A stretch of 64,000 bases of DNA from an uncultured Acidimicrobiia bacterium (GCA_963836205.1 CAWIIV010000006.1:512001-576000), one strand, 5' to 3'; shown: positions 1 to 10,060, counted from the first letter of the stretch. The notes: a model not told the origin generated them from the sequence alone. A program made the numbers and translations.

Positions 1-1056
1 GGGGGGCGCTTCGCCAGCGGGGCGGAGGCGCACACCACCAACCAGCGCATGGAGATCCACGCCGTGCTCGACGCGGTGCGCGCCCTCGAAGGTCCGATGG
101 AGGTGGTGAGCGACTCCACCTACGTCGTGAACTGCTTCCGCGATCGGTGGTGGGAGTCGTGGATCGCCCGCGGTTGGCTGACGTCGGCCAAGAAGCCGGT
201 GGCCAACCGCGACCTGTGGGAACCCCTGATCCAGGAGGTTCGACGCAACCCCGACCGGATCACGTTTCGGTGGGTGAAGGGCCACAGCGGCGACGTGAGC
301 AACGACCTTGTCGACCGGCTGGCAGTGGAGGCGGCCCGAACCCAACAGGGTCGCACCGGCGAAGGCGCCCCCACCGACCTCGGCGCACCCGACGACCCGA
401 CAGGCACCGCCAAGGCCAGGGGCGCCGCCTCGGCCAGGAGGGCCGCCCATGGCACGGACGCCGCCACAGCGAAGGCGACGACGGCCACCGCCGGCAGCCG
501 GCTGCCGCCCGGCCGGCTGGTGGCGATCACCGGTCACCGCCCGCCCGAGCTCGGCGGCTACGACCCCGACAACCCGGTCGCCAACGCGGTTCGCGGCAAG
601 CTCACCGAGATCCTTGTGGCCAAGCGCCAGCTCACTCCCGACCTGGTCGTGCTCACCGGCCTCGGACTGGGCGTCGAGCAGGTGGGGGCCGAGGCCGCCC
701 TCGCGACCGAGGTCCCCTTCGTGGCCGTCCTCCCCTATCCCGACCCCGACGCGGTGTGGCCGGCCGACGCTCGCCGCCGCTTCCGGCATCTCCTCGACCG
801 GGCCACGACCACCCTCGTCCTCGAAGCCAGGCAGCCCGCCACCAAGCAGCTGGCCGGTGCCGCAATCCGCCGTCGCGACGCCTGGCTCGCCCGCCACGCC
901 CAGGAGGCAATCGTGGTGTGGGACGGACACGACGCCAACGTCGGCCGCACCCTGCGCTCCCTCCAGGACGCCATGGGCGAGGAGGAGGTGTGGGTGGTCA
1001 CGCCACCGGTGCCACCGGCGCCACCGGCGGCGCCACCGGCGGCGCCAGCCGGCTGA
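1..1056 (+). CDS. rnhA: Ribonuclease HI fused to a C-terminal SLOG (YspA/DUF1273-like) domain; 5' end truncated by the window
   Basis: Frame open from base 1: TTNQRME, SDSTYVVN, WxxxGW, VANRDLW, WVKGHSG..NDLVDRLA are RNase HI motifs; after an Ala/Thr linker come AITGHRP, TGLGLGVEQ, RRRDAWL and VVWDG, typical of YspA-type SLOG domains. Confidence 0.85.
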   Translation, partial: GGRFASGAEAHTTNQRMEIHAVLDAVRALEGPMEVVSDSTYVVNCFRDRWWESWIARGWLTSAKKPVANRDLWEPLIQEVRRNPDRITFRWVKGHSGDVSNDLVDRLAVEAARTQQGRTGEGAPTDLGAPDDPTGTAKARGAASARRAAHGTDAATAKATTATAGSRLPPGRLVAITGHRPPELGGYDPDNPVANAVRGKLTEILVAKRQLTPDLVVLTGLGLGVEQVGAEAALATEVPFVAVLPYPDPDAVWPADARRRFRHLLDRATTTLVLEARQPATKQLAGAAIRRRDAWLARHAQEAIVVWDGHDANVGRTLRSLQDAMGEEEVWVVTPPVPPAPPAAPPAAPAG

Positions 1057-1759
1057 CCGGCAGCCGCCCCCGCTCCACGGCCACCGGCGAGTCCCGCACC
1101 CGGGCCAGCCAGGCCAGGAACTCCGACCGCGGCACCGCCATCACCCCCAGAGAACCCAGGTGCTCGGTGGGGATCTGGACGTCGACCAGTGCACCGCCGG
1201 CGTCGCCCCACCGCCGCACCAGGTCGACGAACGCCACCTTCGACGCGTCCGGCTCCCGGTTGAACATCGACTCTCCCGTGAAGCACCCGCCCACCCGCAC
1301 CCCGTACAGCCCACCGACCAGCCGCCCGTCGGCATCCCACACCTCCAGGCTGTGGACCCAGCCCAGCCGGTGGAGTCGCGCGTAGGCGGCCCGCATCTCG
1401 GCCGTCACCCACGTCCCCTCGCCCGACGGCCGGTCGGCGCAGGCGGCCACCACCTCCTCGAAGGCGGCGTCGACGGTCGACGCCCACCCGCAACGCCGCA
1501 ACCGTTGCCGCAACGACTTCGAGACGGTCGCGCCAAGGGCGACGTCGAGCACGCCCCGAGGGTCGGGCGAGAACCACGGCAGGGCCACCGTCTCGTGGGG
1601 CCAGGGGAAGATGCCCCGCCGGTAGGCGTCGACCAGGGTCTCCACCGCCAGGTCGGCACCGAAGGCGATCAGCCCCGTGCCCTCGTCGGCCGTAGCCCCG
1701 TCCGGCAGCCGCCACGCCGACCGCGCCACCCTCCTGGGTGGCGGCGCCGGGTCAGCCAC
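998..1759 (-). CDS. aat: Leucyl/phenylalanyl-tRNA--protein transferase
   Basis: AYRRGIFPW, WFSPDPRG, GTWVT, HSLEVW, VGGLYGV, FTGESMF, DASKVAF, TEHLGSLG. Confidence 0.95.
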   Translation of the reverse strand: MADPAPPPRRVARSAWRLPDGATADEGTGLIAFGADLAVETLVDAYRRGIFPWPHETVALPWFSPDPRGVLDVALGATVSKSLRQRLRRCGWASTVDAAFEEVVAACADRPSGEGTWVTAEMRAAYARLHRLGWVHSLEVWDADGRLVGGLYGVRVGGCFTGESMFNREPDASKVAFVDLVRRWGDAGGALVDVQIPTEHLGSLGVMAVPRSEFLAWLARVRDSPVAVERGRLPVSRLAPPVAPPVAPVAPVA

Positions 1760-2897
1760 TCGCCGGCGGGCGCACCACGGCCAGGTACACCGCCCGCACG
1801 GCCAGCGCCTCCCGCACCTCCCCGAGGACGTCGTCGAGGAACTCCCGCCGGTACGTGATGTCGGTCAGCACGTAGACCGTGAAGTAGAAGCCGGAGAAGG
1901 CGGTGAGGAACCCGGCCACCTGCAACAGCTCCGAGGTCAGGGCCACCGGCCGGCCCCACCACTGCCAATCGGCGAGCACGTTGACCGAAACGCCCGACCA
2001 CAGCGCGGCCGTCGCCGGCGTCACCGTCAGCAGCCCGAACACCACGAAGAACACGCCGATCATGAGGCTGACGAGCACGATCTGCACGCCCTGGCTGAAC
2101 AGGACGACCAGCCCCAGGTTCACCCACTGACGACGGGTCAGCGGCGGCGACGGCACCGGCCCGGTGACCAGGTCGGCTGCCGGCGTCATCGCCGCCACCT
2201 CGGGCACGTCGGCCAGGTCGGACGAGATCCCCTTCACCTCCCGGGGGATGCGGGCGACAACGAAGACGATTCCGACGAGGGCGAACAGTCCCATGGTGAC
2301 GGCCAGGAACGGTCCGTCGAGGGTGGCCGCCGCCTGCCACACCTCGGCGGTGAGGAACAGGAACGTCACGAACAGCAGGAGCAGGGGCATGGCCCGCACG
2401 AAGAGGTTGAACACGTCGCCCAGCTGGTGCCCGAGCCGGCGCACCGCCCATCGGGTCATCGGTACCAGCCCGTAGCTGGTGGTGGCGTAGATCAGCCCCA
2501 GGAAGACAAGGTTGCCGACAAGGGTGTTGAGCGCCGTCAGCCGCTGCCCGCCGGCGAGCAGGGGCAGGACGGCCGGGACCAGGACGAACACGGCCAGCTC
2601 GGTCGGTCCCACCCGGTCGGGACGAGCGAGCAGGGGCCGGTGGCGGACGGCGTTGGTGAGCGCCCACACACCGAGCAGGGCGGCGAAGCTGCCCCCCGCG
2701 ACCAGGACGTTCACCCACCACGCCCAGTGGGAGTTCAACGCCAGGGCCAGCTCCAGCAGCAGGATCAGGGTGAGGGTCGGGAGGGTGCGGGTGAACACGT
2801 CCCGGGTGACGCTGTAGCCGTCGATGAAGTGGGGGATGCCCCGGGACAGGAACCACTCCTCCACCCGCCGCACGACGATGGGATCGGGCGTCTCCAC
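1752..2897 (-). CDS. Conserved actinobacterial integral membrane protein, function unknown
   Basis: Distal part of ORF 1752..4598; GTG at 2897; EEWFLSRGIPHFI, PLLLLFVTFLFLTAEVWQ, FSGFYFTV..TD..YRREF; many hydrophobic segments. Confidence 0.75.
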   Translation of the reverse strand: METPDPIVVRRVEEWFLSRGIPHFIDGYSVTRDVFTRTLPTLTLILLLELALALNSHWAWWVNVLVAGGSFAALLGVWALTNAVRHRPLLARPDRVGPTELAVFVLVPAVLPLLAGGQRLTALNTLVGNLVFLGLIYATTSYGLVPMTRWAVRRLGHQLGDVFNLFVRAMPLLLLFVTFLFLTAEVWQAAATLDGPFLAVTMGLFALVGIVFVVARIPREVKGISSDLADVPEVAAMTPAADLVTGPVPSPPLTRRQWVNLGLVVLFSQGVQIVLVSLMIGVFFVVFGLLTVTPATAALWSGVSVNVLADWQWWGRPVALTSELLQVAGFLTAFSGFYFTVYVLTDITYRREFLDDVLGEVREALAVRAVYLAVVRPPASG

Positions 2898-2927
2898 CCG
2901 GACAGTGTGGTGGGCGAGACTCGTCCC

Positions 2928-4706
2928 GTGCGTTGCGGCGTCGATACCGGGGGCACCTTCACCGATGTCGTGACCGACGACGGGACGATGGTGAAGGTGC
3001 TGAGCACGCCCGACGACCCGGCGCGGGCGGTCGCCGCCGGCATCGACGGCCTCGGGCGCCCGGCCCTTCTCGCCCACGGGACCACCGTCGCCACCAACGC
3101 CCTGTTGGAACGGCGGGGCGCGGTGGTGGCCCTGGTGACCAACGAGGGCTTCGCCGACGTCATCGAGATCGCCCGCCAGGACCGACCGTCGCTCTACGAC
3201 CAGTGGGCCGACCGGCCCGAGCCCCTCGTCCCCCGCCGCCTCCGCCTGGAGGTCGGCGGGCGCCTCGACGCCACCGGTACCGAGATCGAGCCGGTGGCGG
3301 ACCCTCCGTCCGTCCCCGACGGCGCCGAGGCGGTCGCCGTCTGCCTCCTCCACGCCGACCTCAACCCGGCCCACGAGCGGGCGGTGGCCGACCGCCTCCG
3401 GGCACGGGGCCTCGACGTCACCATCTCGTCCGACGTCTCCCCCGAGTTCCGGGAGTACGAGCGCACCGTCACCACCGTCATCAACGCCTACCTCCGCCCC
3501 CGGTGTCGTGACTACCTGCGCCAGCTCGACCGCCTGGCGGACGAGGTGCTGGTCATGACGTCGGCCGGCGGGCTGATCCCGGCGGCGGAGGCCGCCGAGC
3601 TGCCCGTCGCCCTTCTCCTGTCGGGACCGGCGGGCGGCGTCGTTGCGGGTGCGGCCGCGGCCGCGGCGGCCGGGTTCGCCGACGCCGTCACCTTCGACAT
3701 GGGCGGGACCAGCACCGACGTGTGCCTCATCCAGGGCGGCGCGCCCGAGCCCGCGCCGGGTCGGGTCGCCGCCGGTTTCCCCGTCCGCCTGCCCGCCCTC
3801 GACATCCACACCATCGGCGCCGGCGGCGGGTCCATCGCGTCCGTCGACCCCGGCGGGGCCTTGGTGGTGGGGCCCTCGAGCGCCGGCGCCGACCCCGGTC
3901 CTGCCTGCTACGGACGGGGCGGAGAGCGGCCGACCGTCACCGACGCCGACCTCGTCCTCGGCCGGATCCCGGTGGACGCCGCCTTCGGCGACCTCGGCCG
4001 GCTCGACGCCGACGCCGCCCGCGCCGCCCTCGACACGGCCGGAGTGACCGCCGAGGGCGTGGTGGCCGTGGTCGACGCGGCCATGGAGCGGGCCGTCCGG
4101 GCCGTCACCGTCGAGCGGGGGGTCGATCCGTCGACGGTGGCCCTGGTGGCATTCGGCGGCGCCGGCCCCCTGCACGCCTGCGCCATCGCCGCCGCCCTGG
4201 GCATGGCCGCGGTGGTCGTCCCGCCCCGGGCAGGCGTCCTGTCGGCCGTCGGCCTGCTGTGCTCGCCCCGCCAACGCGACCTGGTGCGGTCGTGGCCGAC
4301 GCCCGCCGACCATGCCGGACTGGCCGAAGCCGCCGCAGCCCTGGCCGCCGAGGCCCGCGAAGCGGTCGGTGGCGACGAGTCCGATGTCGAGGTGACCACC
4401 GCCTTCGACTGCCGCTACTCGGGCCAGAGCCACGAGCTCACGGTCGCCTCCCCCGCCGGCTTCCCCGACGAGCACCGCCGCCGCAACGGCTACGCCCGTC
4501 CCGACGCGCCCGTCGAGATCGTCGCCGTGAGGGCCCGGGCCCGGCGGCCACCGGCCCTGGCCCCGACCGACCTCGCGCCCCCGTCCACCGAGCGTCACCC
4601 CACCGTCGGCCCCGCGGTCGTAGTCGAGCCCGACTGCACGGTGTGGGTCCCCGAAGGCTGGTCGGCCGACGTCGCCGACGACGGCAGTTGGGTGCTACGC
4701 AGGTGA
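2928..4706 (+). CDS. Hydantoinase/5-oxoprolinase subunit A
   Basis: GVDTGGTFTD, HGTTVATNALLER, EYERTVTTVINAY, LLSGPAGG, FDMGGTSTD, IGAGGGSIA, PGPACYG, FGGAGPLHA; GTG at 2928. Confidence 0.93.
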   Translation: MRCGVDTGGTFTDVVTDDGTMVKVLSTPDDPARAVAAGIDGLGRPALLAHGTTVATNALLERRGAVVALVTNEGFADVIEIARQDRPSLYDQWADRPEPLVPRRLRLEVGGRLDATGTEIEPVADPPSVPDGAEAVAVCLLHADLNPAHERAVADRLRARGLDVTISSDVSPEFREYERTVTTVINAYLRPRCRDYLRQLDRLADEVLVMTSAGGLIPAAEAAELPVALLLSGPAGGVVAGAAAAAAAGFADAVTFDMGGTSTDVCLIQGGAPEPAPGRVAAGFPVRLPALDIHTIGAGGGSIASVDPGGALVVGPSSAGADPGPACYGRGGERPTVTDADLVLGRIPVDAAFGDLGRLDADAARAALDTAGVTAEGVVAVVDAAMERAVRAVTVERGVDPSTVALVAFGGAGPLHACAIAAALGMAAVVVPPRAGVLSAVGLLCSPRQRDLVRSWPTPADHAGLAEAAAALAAEAREAVGGDESDVEVTTAFDCRYSGQSHELTVASPAGFPDEHRRRNGYARPDAPVEIVAVRARARRPPALAPTDLAPPSTERHPTVGPAVVVEPDCTVWVPEGWSADVADDGSWVLRR

Positions 4707-4772
4707 CAGCCCCTGACGAGCCCGGAGGTGGACAGTGAGTCGTCGGCGCGATGACAAGCCAGGTGGAGGGAC

Positions 4773-5096
4773 GTGACCAGGAAGGTCACGCTGCGGGCGG
4801 AGCGCACGGGCTCCGACTACCGCCACCTGGAGGCCTACGTCGACGAGGCGGGCCACCTCCACATCGACGGCCAGGACCTCGGGCCGGGCACGGCCATCGT
4901 CAGTGACGACGGCGAGTACGAGTGGTTCGAGACGATCGACGCCGACCATCTCCCCCGGCTCGTCGTCCTCCTCGGGGGCCAACTGGGCGAGCACATCCTC
5001 GACGTCCTCGAGCGGGCGTACACCGGCGTCGGCTCGTACGAGTTGGAGAAGCGGCTGCGGGAGAGCGACATCCCGGTCACGCGCCGCGTCTGGTGA
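4773..5096 (+). CDS. Hypothetical 107-aa acidic protein between the two hydantoinase subunits
   Basis: GGAGGG SD-like site before the GTG, high GC3 codon usage, stop overlaps the next start (GTGA). Confidence 0.75.
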   Translation: MTRKVTLRAERTGSDYRHLEAYVDEAGHLHIDGQDLGPGTAIVSDDGEYEWFETIDADHLPRLVVLLGGQLGEHILDVLERAYTGVGSYELEKRLRESDIPVTRRVW

Positions 5097-6637
5097 GCGG
5101 GCTGGGCGCAGCCGAGCTGCAGATCCTCATCTCCCGGCTCACCGGCGTGGCCGAGGAGATGGGGGCGGTGCTGCGGCGGGCCGCCTTCAGCCCCAACATC
5201 AAGGAGCGGGCCGACTGCTCGGCCGCCCTGTTCACCGCCGACGGCGAGCTGCTGGTGCAGGCCGAGCACATCCCCGTCCACCTGGGATCGATGCCGGCGT
5301 CGGTGGCGGCGGCCATCGCCGCGTTCGGCGACGGGCTGACGCCGGGCGACCAGGTCGTCCTCAACGACCCCTTCGCCGGCGGCACCCACCTCAACGATCT
5401 CACCCTGGTAGCACCGTGTTTCCTCGACGGCCGGCTGGTGGGATGGGCGGCCAACCGGGCCCACCACGCCGACGTCGGCGGCATGGCGCCGGGGTCGATA
5501 CCGGCCGACGCCACCGAGATCTACCAGGAGGGGCTGCGCATCCCACCGGTGCTGCTCACGGCCGCGGCGGAGGACATCCTGTGCGCCAACTCCCGCACCC
5601 CCGCCGAGCGCCGGGGCGACCTCGACGCCCAGCGGGGGGCCAACGTGGTGGGTGTCGAGCGGCTGGCGTCGTTGGCCGCCACCGGCGCCCCCTTCGACGA
5701 GGTCACCGCCTACGGCGAGCGGCGGATGCGGGCGGCGCTGGCCGAGGTGCCCGACGGGCGGTGGACGTTCGCCGACGTGATCGACTCGTGCGGTCCGTCG
5801 CCCGAGCAGCAGCATCCGGCCCGGATCGAGGTGACCCTGACGGTCGACGGGGAGACCGCCGCCTTCGACTTCACCGGCACCGACGCCCAGCGGCCGGGGA
5901 ACGTCAACGCGGTGGAGGCCGTCACCGTGAGCGCGGTGGCCTTCGCCTTACGGTCGGCCACCGACCCCACCATCCCCGCCAACGGGGGCGCCCTGCGGCC
6001 GGTCACCGTGATCGCGCCGGCGGGCTCCCTGGTGGCGGCCCGGCCCCCGGCAGCGGTGGGGGCGGGCAACGTCGAGGTGAGCCAACGGGTGGCCGACGTG
6101 TGCCTGGGGGCCCTGGCCCTGGCCCGACCGGGGCGCCTGGGCGGGGCCAGCCAGGGGACGATGAACAACACCCTCGTCGGCGGGACGGGCTGGGTCTACT
6201 ACGAGACCGTCGGCGGCGGGCAGGGCGGCCGCCCCCGCCGGGCCGGGATGAGCGGGGTCCACACGGGGATGACCAACACCAAGAACACGCCGGTGGAGGC
6301 GTTGGAGCGGGCGTATCCCATGCGGGTCCGCCGCTACCGGCTGCGGCGGGGGTCGGGCGGCGAGGGGTCGGCGCCCGGCGGCGAGGGCATCGAGCGCGAC
6401 CTGGAGATGCTGGAGGACGTGACGGTCTCGCTGATCACCGAGCGCCGGTCGTCACAGCCGTGGGGCGCCGACGGCGGCGGCCCGGGGGCGGCGGGTGAGA
6501 ACTGGCTGGTGCCGGCGGGCGACGAGTCCCGCGCCGAGCGCCTCCCCGACAAGTGCACGCTCCACCTGCACGCCGGCGACGTCGTCCGCCTGCTCACGCC
6601 CGGCGGTGGCGGATGGGGCCGCGGCCCCGGAGGCTGA
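5093..6637 (+). CDS. Hydantoinase B/5-oxoprolinase subunit B
   Basis: EEMGAVLRRAAFSPNIKERADCS, HIPVHLGSM, NDPFAGGTHLND, AHHADVGG, EIYQEG, SQGTMNN, NTPVEALE, TPGGGGWG. Confidence 0.95.
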   Translation: MSGLGAAELQILISRLTGVAEEMGAVLRRAAFSPNIKERADCSAALFTADGELLVQAEHIPVHLGSMPASVAAAIAAFGDGLTPGDQVVLNDPFAGGTHLNDLTLVAPCFLDGRLVGWAANRAHHADVGGMAPGSIPADATEIYQEGLRIPPVLLTAAAEDILCANSRTPAERRGDLDAQRGANVVGVERLASLAATGAPFDEVTAYGERRMRAALAEVPDGRWTFADVIDSCGPSPEQQHPARIEVTLTVDGETAAFDFTGTDAQRPGNVNAVEAVTVSAVAFALRSATDPTIPANGGALRPVTVIAPAGSLVAARPPAAVGAGNVEVSQRVADVCLGALALARPGRLGGASQGTMNNTLVGGTGWVYYETVGGGQGGRPRRAGMSGVHTGMTNTKNTPVEALERAYPMRVRRYRLRRGSGGEGSAPGGEGIERDLEMLEDVTVSLITERRSSQPWGADGGGPGAAGENWLVPAGDESRAERLPDKCTLHLHAGDVVRLLTPGGGGWGRGPGG

Positions 6638-6640
6638 CCC

Positions 6641-9346
6641 TCAGCCGTCGAGGCCGAGCTTGTGTCGCAGGCGGGCCGTGTCGAACGAGGCCGCACCGGG
6701 CGGGGTGGTGTAGGTGTCGAACTCGCGGAGGAGGGCGACGAGCTGCTCCCGCCATGTGGGATCGGCGGCGGCCTGATGGGGGGTGAGGCCGCCGAGGGCG
6801 GGGACCGGCTCGTCGACCCAGCGGTCCTCGTGATCTCGGATGACCGCCGCCAGCACCTCGCGGGCTTCGGGTGGGAGGGCGTCGGCGACGTGGGGCGACG
6901 ACTGCGAGCGGGAGGCGACCAACTCGTCGACGGGCGTCTCGCTCTCGCGTAGGAGGACCAGCCCCGGGACCGCCGCCTCCACCCTGGCCCGCAAGCCCCG
7001 GAAACGCCCGACGCTGGTGGCCGACACGGCGAGCTCGTCGCCCTCGACGGCCACCATCCCTCGCACCGGAGACAGGCCATCGGACCAGGTCTCGTCGTCG
7101 ACACGGTCGAGCACGGCGTCGAGCGCGGCCAGGCCCTCCGCGTCCGACATCCGGTAACGGGCCTCGCACAGCACTACCGGCTCACCGTCGGTGGTGACGA
7201 TCGTCGGCGGGGCCGAGGCGGCACCGATCAGCGTTGCCACCTCGAAGGCGTCAGCTTCGGCGTCGAGGGTGGCAAGGAGGGGATCGCGCAGTCGCAGCGG
7301 AACAGTAAGCGCGCCCCCGATGATCTGGAACCCGGCCCCGTCGGGAACCACGTGGGCGAGCAGGAGGTCGCCGCGACCCATCCGGCCGGACCCAAGCCGT
7401 TCCCGCACGTCGACGACGTCGCCGGTGCGGACGTCGCGCAGGGTCATGCCGACCCCGGGCGCGACGTCGACCACCTCGTGGACCGACCGGTCGACCAACG
7501 ACCATTGGGTCACGAGGTTGCGCTCGTCGTCGGGGAGAAGGGGGCCTCGCAGGCGGAGGAACTCCTCGACGACATCGTCCTCGAACAGCACCAGGGACGC
7601 CGCCAGGGCCTCGCCGCCGGGCTCGTCATCCCCGAGCTCGTCGGCCACCTCGTAGACGTCGCCCGTGAAGTCGGACCTTTCGAGGAACCAGACCAACTTC
7701 TCCCAGATCCAGCGGACGCGCTCGGGTAGCGGCACCGCTCCCGTCGTGCCCAGGCAGCAGTGCTTGTGCTTGCGCCCCGAACCGCACGGGCAGGGATCGT
7801 TGCGGCGGGCAAGCGCCCGGGGAGGCTGGGCGTAGCGACGGAGGACCTTGAGCCGGGCCTCGGCCTCGGCGTCGCCCACGTCGGCCAGGCGAGCAAGGAG
7901 ATCGACGGCCCGTCGGGCGTCGCCCGTGTCGCTGGCGTGCCAGGCCGCGTCCTCGAGCGACGGCCAGTGCGCAGGATCGGCCTCCAGCGCCTCCCGGCGA
8001 AGGGATTCGGCTCGGTCGTGGTCGCCGGCCCCGCTGGCGGCGACCGACGCCAGCCACGCCGGCCCGGTCCGGTGGCGCCGGGGTGCGCGAGCCAGAAGAG
8101 CGTCCGCAAACCTCGCCAGCACGTCGTTCTCCGAGGCCGCCGAGGCCAGGTCCGCGAACGCGGGGCCGAGATCGGGGTCGGAGAGGAGCGCGGCCAGCTC
8201 GTCGACCATGGCGCCATGGGCATCGTCGAGCACCGGCTGGCCGCCGGCGAAGATCCGGTAGAGCTCGGTGACGGCCACCAGGGCGGCCGCCTCCCGGGGG
8301 TCGAGCCCATGGATGCGGGCCACCGCCGACGCGGCACGGACCCGCCCGAACCCGTCCCAATCGGCGCCGTCGGGGGCGGCGTACCCGTCCCGGATCTCGT
8401 ACCCGCAGTCGGCGAGCAGCCCGCCCAGCGGCGGCAACACCCCGGCCTTCGGCAACGCCAGGTCGGTGAGGGCGGCGCCGACCAGCTCGTCCACCGACAC
8501 CGGCAAGCCGTCCCCGCCGTTCAGCCGGTCGAAAGCAGCCGCCAGCCCCTGCGCCAACCCCTCGGGTGCCGCCGGTTCCGCTGTGACCGGCACCACCTCG
8601 ACCTCGTCGCCCTGGAGCTGGAATCCGACGAGGTCGCCGGCGCGGGCCCCCCCGAGCCAACCGGTCGGCCCCACGAGGACCGCGCCCGTGTGCTCGCGGT
8701 GGTCGAGCTCGGCCACTTCTCCCCCGGCCAGGTGGAGGTGGCCGTGATCGGCCACGAGAACGCCCAACGGCTCCAGGTCGGGGGAGAACGCCACGAACCC
8801 ACCCGCCACCTCCTCCTCGGTCACGCGGTGGGTGAAGGTCGTCCCGTCGGGCGACTCCGCCAGCTCCCACTCCTCCCCGTCGGCGTCCGCCGCGCCGTCT
8901 TCAGCGTCACGGTCGTCCTCCCATGACTCGGGGAGGGCGGCCAGGTCGGCCGCGTACCGGGCTCGGTTGAAGGGCTGCCTATCGCTGCTCATCCGCCAGA
9001 ACTCGACCGCCGCCACCGACGCCAACATGTGCAGCGCCTCGTGGCGCTCATACCCCGCAGCGACGATGCGCTCGGCCGTCAGCCACACCTCCGGAGGGTC
9101 GTCGCGCCACAGCTGGCTGGCCACCAGCTCGTGCATGGCCAGGTGCAGGCGAGGGCTCATCGGCGCACCGTCGGGTGCGATCTCGTCCACGTCGGCGTCC
9201 ACCGCATCGGCCAGATCGGGATGCTCGGCCCGGATGAGAACGCGCCGGTCGTCCTCGTCGGCGGGATCGAGGAGGCCCAGCTCGACGCCGTCGAACGAGC
9301 CCGAGACGGGCGGACAGATCCACGCCCGACGGCGGTCGACATCCAT
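6641..9346 (-). CDS. Large multidomain SEC-C motif protein (DUF1841-like N-terminus, TPR-like helices, SEC-C, Xre/MbcA/ParS-like C-terminus)
   Basis: RLHLAMHELVASQL..HEALH, RNDPCPCGSGRKHKHCC, WVDEPVPALGGLTPHQAAADP; ATG at 9346 chosen, ORF is open to 9418. Confidence 0.8.
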   Translation of the reverse strand: MDVDRRRAWICPPVSGSFDGVELGLLDPADEDDRRVLIRAEHPDLADAVDADVDEIAPDGAPMSPRLHLAMHELVASQLWRDDPPEVWLTAERIVAAGYERHEALHMLASVAAVEFWRMSSDRQPFNRARYAADLAALPESWEDDRDAEDGAADADGEEWELAESPDGTTFTHRVTEEEVAGGFVAFSPDLEPLGVLVADHGHLHLAGGEVAELDHREHTGAVLVGPTGWLGGARAGDLVGFQLQGDEVEVVPVTAEPAAPEGLAQGLAAAFDRLNGGDGLPVSVDELVGAALTDLALPKAGVLPPLGGLLADCGYEIRDGYAAPDGADWDGFGRVRAASAVARIHGLDPREAAALVAVTELYRIFAGGQPVLDDAHGAMVDELAALLSDPDLGPAFADLASAASENDVLARFADALLARAPRRHRTGPAWLASVAASGAGDHDRAESLRREALEADPAHWPSLEDAAWHASDTGDARRAVDLLARLADVGDAEAEARLKVLRRYAQPPRALARRNDPCPCGSGRKHKHCCLGTTGAVPLPERVRWIWEKLVWFLERSDFTGDVYEVADELGDDEPGGEALAASLVLFEDDVVEEFLRLRGPLLPDDERNLVTQWSLVDRSVHEVVDVAPGVGMTLRDVRTGDVVDVRERLGSGRMGRGDLLLAHVVPDGAGFQIIGGALTVPLRLRDPLLATLDAEADAFEVATLIGAASAPPTIVTTDGEPVVLCEARYRMSDAEGLAALDAVLDRVDDETWSDGLSPVRGMVAVEGDELAVSATSVGRFRGLRARVEAAVPGLVLLRESETPVDELVASRSQSSPHVADALPPEAREVLAAVIRDHEDRWVDEPVPALGGLTPHQAAADPTWREQLVALLREFDTYTTPPGAASFDTARLRHKLGLDG

Positions 9347-9408
9347 ATCGACGACGGTAGGCGACCACGTCGTCCGTTTCGATGAGCGTCTGTTGGTAGC
9401 TTGATGGC

Positions 9409-9642
9409 ATGCGAGCAACCATTGACAAGGCAGGTCGCCTGGTCATTCCCAAACCGCTTCGCGACCTGCTCGGGCTCGGGCCCGGCGAGGTCGAGGTCAC
9501 CACCGACGGCGCCGCCCTGCGGGTGGAGGCGGTCCCCGGCGAAGGCCTGGACGAGCGACGCGGCCGGCTCGTGATCCCTCCGTCCGGTGTGCCGATCGGC
9601 GGCGGCGACGTGAAGTCCCTCCGTCATGGCGACCAGCGGTAG
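9409..9642 (+). CDS. AbrB/MazE/SpoVT-family antitoxin (VapB-type)
   Basis: TIDKAGRLVIPKPLRDLLGL; overlaps the downstream PIN gene. Confidence 0.9.
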   Translation: MRATIDKAGRLVIPKPLRDLLGLGPGEVEVTTDGAALRVEAVPGEGLDERRGRLVIPPSGVPIGGGDVKSLRHGDQR

Positions 9643-10060
9643 GGAGCCCGACCTCCTGGTCGACACCAGCGTCGCCGTGGCGTTGGCCGTCGGCGATCAC
9701 CAGCTCCACTCGGCGACGATCGACGCGCTCGACGGACGGCGGCTGGGACTGGCCGGCCACGCCGCTTTCGAGACCTTCTCGGTGCTGACCCGTCTGCCTT
9801 CGCCCGCCCGCCGGTCGCCCGCGGTCGTCGTCCAGATCCTGATGGCGAACTTTCCGGAAAGCCGGTTCTTGTCGGCCTCGGGTGCGGCCGCCCTGTTCGT
9901 CCGGCTGGCCGACGGTGAGTTCGCCGGCAGCTCGGTCTACGACGCGCTCGTGGGGGCGGCAGCGGCCGAGCACGGGCTCACCCTCGCCACCTGGGACCGG
10001 CAGGCCCTCGATACCTACCGGGCGCTCGACGTGCACGTCGAGATGCTCCACCTGCCGTGA
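9626..10060 (+). CDS. vapC: PIN-domain VapC toxin
   Basis: LLVDTSVAV, FETFSVLTRLP, VYDALVGAAA, LATWD. Confidence 0.9.
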   Translation: MATSGREPDLLVDTSVAVALAVGDHQLHSATIDALDGRRLGLAGHAAFETFSVLTRLPSPARRSPAVVVQILMANFPESRFLSASGAAALFVRLADGEFAGSSVYDALVGAAAAEHGLTLATWDRQALDTYRALDVHVEMLHLP

